Origin: Bdellovibrionales bacterium
Lineage (GTDB): Bacteria > Bdellovibrionota > Bdellovibrionia > Bdellovibrionales > UBA1609
Length of the DNA stretch: 64,000 nucleotides
Direction: 5' to 3'
NCBI GenBank assembly: GCA_965203095.1
Contig: OZ241877.1
Location: forward strand, 1,533,518-1,597,517
Of the stretch, positions 23,715 through 32,891 are shown piece by piece; within the stretch, counting starts at the first letter, position 1, and each line of letters begins with the position of its first letter. Under the pieces are notes generated by a model. That model was not told the DNA's origin. It searched no databases and saw only the letters and a program-made list of their open reading frames with translations. A program made the position numbers and the translations under genes.

Positions 23715-26489
23715 GTGAGACAAAATGAGTATAAGACTGGCGGTTTGCGGGAAACAGCGGAGGCCCTTTTGACGAAAAATAAAAAATCCACCTTAAGCCT
23801 TACATTTAATAGAGTGGGCTTGGTTCTTTTTTCGGCCCTTATGTGGCCTTCTTTGTCATATTCTTCAAAAGTTTATCGTATTTCCATCCAAGGGAATAAA
23901 ATTATAGAAAAAGGCTTGATTCAATCTCATATCCGCTTAAAGGAGGCTCACTCTTACAATTCTGCTGTGATTCAAAAAGATGTCCGCCGGCTTTTTGCTT
24001 TGGGTTTTTTTGATGATATTGAAGTTCATCGTTTTTACAGTAAAAAAGGCTGGAAAGTGCTTTATCGTGTGAAAGAGTCTGTTCCTGTCTCCGTTGTGGA
24101 GTTTGAGGGGAATGACAGCCTAAAAACAGAAGACTTAAAAGAGCTTTTGCTTATTGAGGAAAACAGTTTTTTAAATTTTGACCGTTTAAAAAAAACAATC
24201 TCAGCCATAAAGGAGAAGTATAGGGAAAAAGGTTATTACTTGGCAGAGGTATCTTACAAAACAAAAAAACAACCTGAAGATAAAAATCCCCGATTAATCA
24301 TTAGCATAAAGGAAAACACAAAACTTCTTATCAGGGAAATTCATTTTATTGGGAATCGGAACATTTCTTCTGAAAAACTAAAATCTATTTTGTTAACTAA
24401 GGAAAAAGATATTTTAAGTTTTTTAAGCTCTTCTGGGATCTTTCAACCCCGGCATATAGAAAGGGATTTGCGGTTTATTGAATATTATTATCGTGATAAG
24501 GGCTATTTGAATGCTCGTGCTCATCCCCCGGAGATCACTATCACTCCAGATCAAAAATTTTTACAAATTTATTTTCCTGTTTCTGAAGGGGCCCGGTTTA
24601 AAGTGGGTCAAGTTGTTTTTCGTGGAGATGAAGTGGTTTTAGCTGATCAGGTAAAGGATCTTTTTGAAAGCCAAGAAGATGAATATTTTTCCCTTAGCCA
24701 CTTGCAAAAAGACATTCAGACAGTTTCCCTTTTATATAAAAATAAGGGTTATGCTTTAGCTGAAGTGCATCCCCAGTTTTTTCCCGATCCTACAGAGGAG
24801 AATAAAGTCCACATTTTGTTTAAAGTAAAAAAAGGTTCTATTTACAAATTAGGAAGAGTTCACTTGTTGGGGAATAAAAACGCGAGGGATAAAGTGATTT
24901 TGCGTCGTCTTCGCCTTCAAGAGGGCCAAATTTACAATGAGAGCCGGAAAGAGCTGAGTCGCCAGCTGATTCAACAGTTAGGCTATTTTGAGAATGTGGA
25001 GATCCAGCCCCGTCCTTCGCAAGAGAACGAAGATGAATTGGATCTCATCGTTCGTGTTAAAGAGAGGGAAAATACTGGAGAGGCCCATTTTGCTGGAGGT
25101 TATAGGGGGGAGACTCGTTTGTTTATCCAAGGAGGACTTAAAAAACAAAACTTTTTAGGTTTGGATCAGAGTATAGCTGGCAATGTTATTTTTAATAAAT
25201 ATCAGGAGTTTTTTAATTTTAACTATCAAAGCCCTTATTTTTTGGATACCAACTGGAATTTTGCCTTTGATATTTTTAACATGAGCCACAGTGTATGGAA
25301 TCAATCTCGCTCCGGCACCTTCCCTTTTTTCGGCTCTTCACAGGATTATTTTTCTTATTTTCAGCTGAACACCGGCTTTTCTATATCCTTAGGTCGTCAT
25401 CTAACGGATTTTTCCACCTTGTTTTTAAAATACAGCTTGCAAAATCAAATCCTTAGAGACCGGCCCATTTATTTTTTAAGAAATCTTCCGGTGCTGTCCT
25501 CTGTATTTAGTTTTTTGTTTGGTGACAAGGATACGGGGCAAACAAGCACTGTCTTTAGTGATATTTACAATTTGGATTCAGCCAGTGGTTTAAACAGCTC
25601 TTTGTCCCTTATATGGGAGTATGACGGGAGAGATGATCGCTACTATGCCTCTAAGGGGATCTTCTCCCGCCTGTCAGCTAACTGGTCGGGTTTGGGTGGG
25701 GATTTTAATTACACTAAACTACAGTTAAATTTTCGTCATTATTACTCTCCTTTTTGGAAGTTAGTTATAAAAAACCGTTGGCTTTTAGGATGGGTGTTCT
25801 CTAACGACAATCGCCCCCCTCCTTTTACAGAGCTTTTTTTAATGGGAGGCTCTTATGATTTAAGAGGTTTTCCCATAAACTCTCAAGGCCCGCGAAAACG
25901 ATCTCAAAAGGCTTTTGAATATGCCGAATCACAAGAACAATTTATAGAGGCCAGCCAAAAACTTTTGCAAAATATTGAAAACCAAAAAGAAGAGTCTCAA
26001 AAGGCTCAAGTTATCCGAGTTTTTTTGCAAAATAATAAAGACCGGTCCCAGGCCGTCCAAAAAATTCAAGAAGAGATATCTTCTAAAGATCAAAAAATCG
26101 ATTCGCAAACCATAAAAGATCTTCAAGAACATTTACAGGAGGTTGTAGACTCTGCCAACTTGCCAGAGGCTCAGTTATTAAATAATAAAGAGCTTTTTGC
26201 CCAAAGGCCCTACGGAGGCCAGCAGATGTTGTTATATAGTTTAGAGCTTGAGTTTCCCATTTTAGAAAGAGCTGAGCTGAGAGGGGCTTTTTTTGTGGAT
26301 ATAGGGGAGGCTAATGATCGCTTAAGCTTTAATTTGGATGAGCAGTTGAGGATGAATGCTGGGGCTGGCATCCGTTGGAAATCTCCTTTTGGGCCTTTGA
26401 GTTTGGATTGGGCTTTCCCTTACCGCCCTCGGAAGGAATGGGGTGAAAGTGACTGGGAGTTTCAGTTCAATATGGGGGCAGAGCTTTAA
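23715..26489 (+). CDS. bamA: Outer-membrane protein assembly factor BamA (Omp85), with a long hydrophilic insertion
   Basis: Repeated POTRA-like modules (F.GN......L), a C-terminal barrel with the L6 motif DLRGF, and the ending WEFQFNMGAEL. A skp-like gene lies downstream. Confidence 0.85.
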   Translation: MRQNEYKTGGLRETAEALLTKNKKSTLSLTFNRVGLVLFSALMWPSLSYSSKVYRISIQGNKIIEKGLIQSHIRLKEAHSYNSAVIQKDVRRLFALGFFDDIEVHRFYSKKGWKVLYRVKESVPVSVVEFEGNDSLKTEDLKELLLIEENSFLNFDRLKKTISAIKEKYREKGYYLAEVSYKTKKQPEDKNPRLIISIKENTKLLIREIHFIGNRNISSEKLKSILLTKEKDILSFLSSSGIFQPRHIERDLRFIEYYYRDKGYLNARAHPPEITITPDQKFLQIYFPVSEGARFKVGQVVFRGDEVVLADQVKDLFESQEDEYFSLSHLQKDIQTVSLLYKNKGYALAEVHPQFFPDPTEENKVHILFKVKKGSIYKLGRVHLLGNKNARDKVILRRLRLQEGQIYNESRKELSRQLIQQLGYFENVEIQPRPSQENEDELDLIVRVKERENTGEAHFAGGYRGETRLFIQGGLKKQNFLGLDQSIAGNVIFNKYQEFFNFNYQSPYFLDTNWNFAFDIFNMSHSVWNQSRSGTFPFFGSSQDYFSYFQLNTGFSISLGRHLTDFSTLFLKYSLQNQILRDRPIYFLRNLPVLSSVFSFLFGDKDTGQTSTVFSDIYNLDSASGLNSSLSLIWEYDGRDDRYYASKGIFSRLSANWSGLGGDFNYTKLQLNFRHYYSPFWKLVIKNRWLLGWVFSNDNRPPPFTELFLMGGSYDLRGFPINSQGPRKRSQKAFEYAESQEQFIEASQKLLQNIENQKEESQKAQVIRVFLQNNKDRSQAVQKIQEEISSKDQKIDSQTIKDLQEHLQEVVDSANLPEAQLLNNKELFAQRPYGGQQMLLYSLELEFPILERAELRGAFFVDIGEANDRLSFNLDEQLRMNAGAGIRWKSPFGPLSLDWAFPYRPRKEWGESDWEFQFNMGAEL

Positions 26490-26545
26490 TTTCAGACTCC
26501 ATAAAGTAGACTTTCTGGTTCCCACAAACCAAGTTATTCCTGTAA

Positions 26546-27625
26546 ATGTTCAGTATTTCGCTGACAGAATCATTTTTCAATTTCCCGCCGAACCTTGCCA
26601 GAAATCCCTCCAGCTTTCTGGCTCCCGTGAAAACGGAAATCCACCGTCGTTCCCGCGAAAGCGGGAATCCACCGTCGTTCCCGCGAAAGCGGGAATCCAC
26701 CGTCGTTCCCGCGAAAACGGGAATCCACCGTCGTTCCTGCAAAAGCGGGAATCCACCGTCGTTCCTGCAAAAGCGGGAATCCATAAATTACTTCTGGACT
26801 GGGGGGTATTTATCCTATTCTGGTTGGGGTTTTCTTGGAGGGATTACCTTTGTCCGGGAGGATCAGGTGGATCGAGGGGTTTTAAGCCATGAGTTGGCTC
26901 ATCTTTTAGGCCAGCGGAAGGATTTTTATGATCAAGAGGGAAAGCAACAGCAAAAGTGCCGTAGGTTTTCCGGGGATGAGTTGATCCCTTGTGCAGGTTA
27001 TAAAATTCCAAGGGCTTTAGATTCCTGGGTTGAAAATGGGCAAAGGCATTGGAATTTTGTCCAAGATAGATACAGTATTATGGACAACAAAAATGAACCT
27101 GATATTGAAGAGAATATTTTAGAAGAATTATGGATAGATCGGGAGAGCCATCAGAGGGTATTTTCACCTTACGCCAAAGTCAGTTCTGTTTTTGATCATC
27201 TTCAAAACAAAATCCATTTATCTGAAAAGAAGATTAAACCAAAGAAATTATTAGTTTCTGGTTTTTACGATAAGAAGAGGAATCGGTTTTTATCTCCTCA
27301 GTTAAGGGTTTTAGAGACGGACGGGGTCACTCCTTCTTTATCTAAGGACTGGGATGTAAAGGAAGTGCCTTTAGTTTCATTTCATGTAAAAAACAGGGAG
27401 GGATCTCCTTTGCAGACGATTCGTCGTCCTGCTTTTGATGTGGAGTCTCGATTTCTTTATGAGGGGGGAAAGAGTAGAGAATGTGGTTCCAAGTCTTTTG
27501 GTTTATCGATGGTTTCAGCTATTTTTAATTTATCGGAGTTGAGGACAAGTCCAAAGGATATTAAACTTTCTGTTTTTGGCCCGGAGGGGGAGGAAATTTT
27601 TTCCTCCTTATTACCTGAGGATTGA
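26546..27625 (+). CDS. HExxH zinc-metalloprotease-like protein. The N-terminal 80 or so codons are encoded by the repeat array, so the start is uncertain and the gene may be disrupted.
   Basis: SHELAHLLG (HExxH) lies about 30 codons after the array. ATG 26546 reads in-frame through all six units. Confidence 0.45.
   Translation: MFSISLTESFFNFPPNLARNPSSFLAPVKTEIHRRSRESGNPPSFPRKRESTVVPAKTGIHRRSCKSGNPPSFLQKRESINYFWTGGYLSYSGWGFLGGITFVREDQVDRGVLSHELAHLLGQRKDFYDQEGKQQQKCRRFSGDELIPCAGYKIPRALDSWVENGQRHWNFVQDRYSIMDNKNEPDIEENILEELWIDRESHQRVFSPYAKVSSVFDHLQNKIHLSEKKIKPKKLLVSGFYDKKRNRFLSPQLRVLETDGVTPSLSKDWDVKEVPLVSFHVKNREGSPLQTIRRPAFDVESRFLYEGGKSRECGSKSFGLSMVSAIFNLSELRTSPKDIKLSVFGPEGEEIFSSLLPED
26621..26784 (+). 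repeat. Spacer-less tandem array of 6 x 28-bp R1-derived units
   Basis: The unit is GTTCCCGCGAAAGCGGGAATCCACCGTC. Unit starts are 26621, 26649, 26677, 26705, 26733 and 26761, and the last unit is truncated. Confidence 0.9.
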
Positions 27626-27658
27626 CAAAATTCCATAAAAATTATAGGTTTTAACATT

Positions 27659-28258
27659 ATGAAGTTATTTTTTGTTTTCTATTTATTGTTTTTGTCTTCA
27701 AATGCTACGGCTTGGACGGGGTATTGGGAGAGAGCCACTCGTGGTCCTCTTCGTCAGATTGTGTTTTATGGTTATTACTATGCTGAAGATGAAAAGGAGT
27801 TCGAGAAGTCGGAGGAGTATTACCGTAGAAGAGGCTACTTAGAAGAAGGAGAATCTTTTAAGGAAAGCTCACTTTATGGAGGAGAAGGAAAAGAGCGCTA
27901 TGGGGGGGGGGGTAGATATTATTGTCACAAAGAGACAGATCCTGAGGATGAGGGCTATACGGTGATTTTTAATCCTAATTTAAGGGCAAGACTTTATGAT
28001 GAGGAATGGAACCTTTTAACAGAGGATTATTTGAGGAGTTTTCAGCCGGAAACGGATATTCCATTTAAGTGGAGAGTTAGATCTTATGTTCCCTACCATC
28101 CGGAGGCTTATTATTTAAGGGTTGTAAGGCTTGTTGAAGACAAGGAGGTTGCTGTTCTTTTAGAGAAAAGAGTTGGCAATTTAGAGCGATTGAAAAGTAG
28201 AGGTAGTAGCTACTGGTATGATAAATATTTAGGTTGTTATCGTATCTACCACATCTAA
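27659..28258 (+). CDS. Secreted Tyr/Glu/Gly-rich protein containing a G11 tract
   Basis: Signal-peptide-like N-terminus MKLFFVFYLLFLSSNATA. I recognise no family. Confidence 0.6.
   Translation: MKLFFVFYLLFLSSNATAWTGYWERATRGPLRQIVFYGYYYAEDEKEFEKSEEYYRRRGYLEEGESFKESSLYGGEGKERYGGGGRYYCHKETDPEDEGYTVIFNPNLRARLYDEEWNLLTEDYLRSFQPETDIPFKWRVRSYVPYHPEAYYLRVVRLVEDKEVAVLLEKRVGNLERLKSRGSSYWYDKYLGCYRIYHI
27902..27912 (+). repeat. Homopolymeric G11 tract within a coding sequence
   Basis: TAT GGG GGG GGG GGT encodes YGGGG. It is the longest G/C run I saw in the window. Confidence 0.9.
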
Positions 28259-28506
28259 CTCTCCTTTTTACTCCTAAAAAATTGTAGGTTTTAACATTAT
28301 GAAGTTAGCCATAATCCTTCCTAAACGACTCCAACACCTCTGACTTTTTAACAAACTTTGTCCGAAAGAGAGGTTTTTTCAAATATAAAAGCAGAGAAAT
28401 GGATTTTTTTCTTGTTTTCTGCTTTTTTTTGGGATAAAAACTATTTTGTTTGAAAACTTTAAGAATATTCAAACAGGAATATTATAAATAAAAAGGAGGC
28501 TCTATT

Positions 28507-29004
28507 ATGAAATGGTTTTTTATAGGAACTGTTATATTTTTCTCTTTTCAATCTTTAGCTAAAACAGGCTATGTCAATTTAATGTCGGCTTTTGAAAATA
28601 CCCATCAAGGGCGTAGGGTGAAAAACCGGATAGAAAAATCAGCAGAAAAAGCGAAAGAGGAGTTTAAAGCGATAGAGCGTAAAATTCAAAAGGAAGAGGC
28701 AAAGTTAAAAAAAGAGGCCCCACTTTTGTCGGAATCGGCCCGATCGCAAAAAATTCAGCAACTTCAGCAAAAAATTTTAGACTTTCAAAAATCAGCTAAA
28801 GATAAAGATTTAGAATTGCAAAATCTCCAAAATCAGTTGATGAATCCAGTGATTGACAGGCTAAAAACAGTGATTGGGGAAGTGGCTCGAAAGGAATCTT
28901 ACCTTGTGATTGAAAATATAGGTAACGATATTTTATGGGTGTCGCCACAGCTGGACCTGACAAAAAAAGTTTGGACTGCTTTCAATAAAAAATATAAAAA
29001 GTAG
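28507..29004 (+). CDS. skp: Periplasmic chaperone Skp (OmpH family)
   Basis: A signal peptide, a 165-aa coiled-coil-rich sequence, and a position downstream of bamA. Confidence 0.7.
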   Translation: MKWFFIGTVIFFSFQSLAKTGYVNLMSAFENTHQGRRVKNRIEKSAEKAKEEFKAIERKIQKEEAKLKKEAPLLSESARSQKIQQLQQKILDFQKSAKDKDLELQNLQNQLMNPVIDRLKTVIGEVARKESYLVIENIGNDILWVSPQLDLTKKVWTAFNKKYKK

Positions 29005-29034
29005 ATCCCTCTCCTGATCTCTTTATAAGATCTA

Positions 29035-29964
29035 TTGAAAACACAAATTATAGATTTTGATCAGTCCTCTTTGTCTCCTAAGGGATCTGTTTTGAGCTTA
29101 GGTGGCTTTGACGGGATCCATTTGGGCCATCAGGCTTTAATTGAGAGGCTATTGGCTGAGGCCAAAAAAAGGAAGGCCCCCTCCTGCCTGTGTCTGTTTG
29201 ACCCATTGCCTTTTCAATTCCTCAGCGGGAAAAGGCCATTTAAAAGGCTTTTTACTATAGAGGAGACTCAAGAATTTTTAGAGCCTTTTGGTATTGATTT
29301 TTTTTGTATAATCCCTTTCACTCGCTCCTTTTCAAAACTCCGTCCGGAAGAGTTTATTCAATCCTTTATTGTCCGGCATTTTGACCCTCTTTTATTAGTG
29401 GTGGGCTATGACTTTTCCTTTGCACATCAAAGAGAGGGGAATTTCTCTGTTTTACAAAAATTAGCCCTCCGGTGGGGTTTTTCTACAAAAAGAATAGAGC
29501 CTTGCTTGTTAAAAAAACAACCGATCTCCAGTTCTCGCATCCGGCAATGCCTGTCTTTAGCTCAGATGAATGAGCTGAAGGTCCTTTTGGGTCGGCCTTT
29601 TTCTATTAAGGGCATTGTGGAGCGAGGGGCCGGACGGGGGAGGAAGATAGGCTTTCCCACAGCCAACCTTAAATTGAACCAAAAGGAACTTCCCCCCATG
29701 GGAGTTTATGGAGGAAGGGCACAAATTGCTGGCTCATGGTATAAGTCAGCTATTAATATTGGCCAATGCCCCACTTTTGCCTCTAAAAAGGGGGGAGGGG
29801 CAGTGGTTGTGGAGGTTCATCTTATCCCTTCACCTTTGTTTAGCCTCTATAATCGGCCTATCCGAGTGGAATTGGATTTTTTTATCCGGCCGGAAAGGGC
29901 CTTCCCTAACACTGAAGAGTTAAAAACAGCCATAAAAGAGGATATTCAAAGGCTGTTTTTATAA
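29035..29964 (+). CDS. ribF: Bifunctional riboflavin kinase / FAD synthetase
   Basis: GGFDGIHLGHQALI (FAD synthetase motif), GFPTANL and the kinase domain. The start codon is TTG. Confidence 0.85.
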   Translation: MKTQIIDFDQSSLSPKGSVLSLGGFDGIHLGHQALIERLLAEAKKRKAPSCLCLFDPLPFQFLSGKRPFKRLFTIEETQEFLEPFGIDFFCIIPFTRSFSKLRPEEFIQSFIVRHFDPLLLVVGYDFSFAHQREGNFSVLQKLALRWGFSTKRIEPCLLKKQPISSSRIRQCLSLAQMNELKVLLGRPFSIKGIVERGAGRGRKIGFPTANLKLNQKELPPMGVYGGRAQIAGSWYKSAINIGQCPTFASKKGGGAVVVEVHLIPSPLFSLYNRPIRVELDFFIRPERAFPNTEELKTAIKEDIQRLFL

Positions 29965-29978
29965 AAAATTTAAGATTT

Positions 29979-31781
29979 TTGAGAGAAATAGCCGATAATT
30001 TTAATATGAGATCATCTCAAGCGACTAAAAAAGTGGTTCGGCCTAAAAAGTCGATAAAAAGTTCAGCCTTAATCCGCCGGAAGGGGCCTTCTGATCTGGT
30101 GCATACTCAATCCATGAGCCAGCAGTTTATTGAGAGTCTAAAAAATAAAAGTGTTAATCAGTCAGAAATGATGCAGGCTCTTTTAGAAAAAGGCCATATC
30201 ACAGAGGAGGAGCTGGCCAATATTTTTAGCCGGGAGCTGGGTTTAGAGGTGATCAACAATTTAAATGAATATAAAATTTCAAAGGAAGTGTTGGATCTGA
30301 TTCCACAAAAAATCTGTGAAAGAAACCTCATTCTCCCTTTAGTCAAAATTGACAAGACATTAGTGGTTGTTTTTTCTGATCCATCAGATATGAACTTGAG
30401 GGACAATCTTTTCCTCATCACAGGGCATAAAATACAGCCGGTGGTGGCCACAAGAACAGCTGTCAAAAAGGCTTTCAGCAAGTATTTTGATAACCAAGTA
30501 GTTATGGACAACTTGGTTTATGATATGTCTTTTGAATTGGCTGGTTTTGAGGAAGAACTGGCCATTGACTTAAACAAAGAAAATGAAAATAAAGAAAAAG
30601 ACCCTGTAGTGAGTTTTGTGAATTTGATGTTTTCAGACGCCATCCGCTTAAAATCCTCTGACATTCATATTGAGACTTATGAAAAGGATTTTCGTATCCG
30701 CTACCGTATTGATGGCATTCTTCAAGAAAAGCACAATTTATCTAAAGATATGTCAAGTGTGGTGATTTCCCGAATTAAAGTGATGAGCGGTATGGACATT
30801 AGCGAAAAGAGAAAGCCCCAAGACGCTCGTTTAAAAATCCTTCTCAACGGTATGGAGCTGAATATGCGGGTGAACTCCACACCCACTGTCAATGGGGAAA
30901 AGGTAGTTTTACGAATTTTAGATAACTCCTCTCTTCAAGAGGATATGTCCAAATTAGGTATGGAAAAGTTTCAAATGGAGGCTTTTATGGAGGCATTGTT
31001 TGCCCCTCAAGGTTTGATTTTAATGACAGGCCCCACTGGCTCAGGAAAAACCACAACCATTTATTCCGGTCTGATGAAATTAAATACTCCTCAAAGAAAT
31101 ATATCCACGGCAGAGGACCCTGTGGAATTTCGGATCTATGGTATCAATCAGGTGCAGATGAATCCTAAGGCGGGTTTAAATTTTTCAAGTGCCCTGAGAG
31201 CTTTTTTGCGACAAGATCCTGATGTAATACTTGTAGGGGAAATTCGAGATCTGGAAACAGCGGAAATTGCCTTCAAGGCTTCAGCCACAGGTCACTTGGT
31301 TTTAAGCACAGTGCATACCAACGACACGGCCTCCACTGTGACCCGACTGCTTTCCATGGGAGTTCCCTCTTACAGTGTGGCGGATAACACTTCTCTGATA
31401 GTTTCTCAAAGGCTTCTCCGGCAGTTGTGTGATCAGTGTCGCACACCGGACAACAGTGAGGCTTCTTTGAACAGCCTGTTGCAACTTGGGGTTTCTAAAA
31501 AAGATATAGATTCTTATGAAGGCAAGATCTTTAAAGAAAACCCTAAAGGTTGTGATTATTGCAACAATTTGGGCTATAAAGGCCGTGTTGCAGTTTATGA
31601 AATGATGAGTGTGACAAAAACAATTAAAAACGGTATTTTTGAAAAGCTAAGCCCTATTCAATTAAAAAAAATGGCTATAGAAAAAGACGGCTTGATCAGT
31701 TTGAGACACAGTGCCCTTCTCAAAGTGAAAGAGGGAAGGACTTCTTTAAGAGAAGTGATCCGGGGCACAGTATTTGATTAA
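29979..31781 (+). CDS. pilB: Type IV pilus assembly ATPase (GspE/PilB family)
   Basis: Walker A GPTGSGKTTT, Asp/His boxes and the tetracysteine CDQC...CDYC. The exact start is uncertain. Confidence 0.85.
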   Translation: MREIADNFNMRSSQATKKVVRPKKSIKSSALIRRKGPSDLVHTQSMSQQFIESLKNKSVNQSEMMQALLEKGHITEEELANIFSRELGLEVINNLNEYKISKEVLDLIPQKICERNLILPLVKIDKTLVVVFSDPSDMNLRDNLFLITGHKIQPVVATRTAVKKAFSKYFDNQVVMDNLVYDMSFELAGFEEELAIDLNKENENKEKDPVVSFVNLMFSDAIRLKSSDIHIETYEKDFRIRYRIDGILQEKHNLSKDMSSVVISRIKVMSGMDISEKRKPQDARLKILLNGMELNMRVNSTPTVNGEKVVLRILDNSSLQEDMSKLGMEKFQMEAFMEALFAPQGLILMTGPTGSGKTTTIYSGLMKLNTPQRNISTAEDPVEFRIYGINQVQMNPKAGLNFSSALRAFLRQDPDVILVGEIRDLETAEIAFKASATGHLVLSTVHTNDTASTVTRLLSMGVPSYSVADNTSLIVSQRLLRQLCDQCRTPDNSEASLNSLLQLGVSKKDIDSYEGKIFKENPKGCDYCNNLGYKGRVAVYEMMSVTKTIKNGIFEKLSPIQLKKMAIEKDGLISLRHSALLKVKEGRTSLREVIRGTVFD

Positions 31782-31796
31782 GTAAGGAGTGTAAGT

Positions 31797-32867
31797 ATGA
31801 TTTCCATGTTAGAAGTTTTACAGTTGGCTTACAGTAAAAAAGCTTCAGATATTCATATTACAACGGGCAGTCCTCCCATTTTGCGTGTGCACGGGCAGTT
31901 GTTTAAACTGGATTCTCAGCCATTGGACTCTGAGCAGACAAAAACAATGTGTTATTCCTTAATCTCTAATGAGCAAAAAGCTCGTTTAGAAAATGAAAAG
32001 AATCTGGATTTTAGCTTTTTTGTTAAAAACATGACTCGTTTCCGGGGCACTTTGTTTTTTCAAAGATCAGCTGTTGTGGGAACTTTTCGTGTTTTGAATG
32101 CCATGCCCCCAGCAGTGGGGAATTTGGGCCTCCCCCCAGCAGTGGAAAACACCATTCGCTACCCTAACGGCTTAGTTTTGATTACAGGCCCTACTGGTGC
32201 GGGAAAAAGCACTACTTTAGCCGCCATCATCAACGCCATCAATGAAACCCGGCGAGGGCATATTTTAACTCTTGAAGATCCCATAGAGATACTTCATTCT
32301 CATAAAAATTGTATTGTCAACCAAAGGGAAATTGGGGTGGATTGTCACTCTTTTGCTGATGGGATGAAAAGTGCTTTAAGACTGGATCCCGATATATGTC
32401 TTGTGGGAGAGATGCGGGACTTGGAGACAATAGAAATGAGTCTTAAGTTAGCGGAGACAGGCCATCTGGTTTTTTCTACCCTTCATACCAATTCAGCGGC
32501 TAAAACTGTGGATCGGATTATTGGTTCTTTTCCAGCTGTAGATCGCTCTGTAATATGCACTCAGTTGAGCACTGTGCTTCAAGCGGTAATATCCCAAAAA
32601 TTAGTGCGTTCAAAAACCGGAGGCAGAAAGGTGGCTGTAGAGATTATGTTTACTAATGCCGCAATTAGAAATCTTATCCGTGAAGAAAAGATTTTTCAAA
32701 TTTACAGCGTAATACAAACCAACTATAGTGAGGGTATGACTACGATGAATAATAGCTTGCTTAGGCTGGTTAAAAACGGTGAAATAGATCCTAAAGAAGC
32801 TTTCCGGGTGAGTTCTGAAAAAGAGGAGCTTTATCAACTATTAAAGAAACAAAAAATTGCCGTTTAA
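31797..32867 (+). CDS. pilT: Twitching-motility (retraction) ATPase PilT
   Basis: GPTGAGKSTT, and GHLVFSTLHTNSAAKTVDRII, which is typical of PilT. Confidence 0.85.
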   Translation: MISMLEVLQLAYSKKASDIHITTGSPPILRVHGQLFKLDSQPLDSEQTKTMCYSLISNEQKARLENEKNLDFSFFVKNMTRFRGTLFFQRSAVVGTFRVLNAMPPAVGNLGLPPAVENTIRYPNGLVLITGPTGAGKSTTLAAIINAINETRRGHILTLEDPIEILHSHKNCIVNQREIGVDCHSFADGMKSALRLDPDICLVGEMRDLETIEMSLKLAETGHLVFSTLHTNSAAKTVDRIIGSFPAVDRSVICTQLSTVLQAVISQKLVRSKTGGRKVAVEIMFTNAAIRNLIREEKIFQIYSVIQTNYSEGMTTMNNSLLRLVKNGEIDPKEAFRVSSEKEELYQLLKKQKIAV

Positions 32868-32891
32868 CTTTAAATAAATAAGGAGTTCGCT

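Noticed and set aside
26621-26784. The 28-bp palindromic repeat array could be a CRISPR array
   Set aside because: The units abut each other directly with no spacers. No cas genes or leader are present. The same unit occurs singly across the window, so it is a REP/dRS3-like repeat rather than a CRISPR.
26443-26892. ORFs 26443..26892 (+), 26467..26784 (-) and 26570..26770 (-) as protein-coding genes
   Set aside because: They are open only because the 28-bp unit lacks stop codons in these frames. Their products are periodic repeat translations (RESGNP, FRGNDG and the like).
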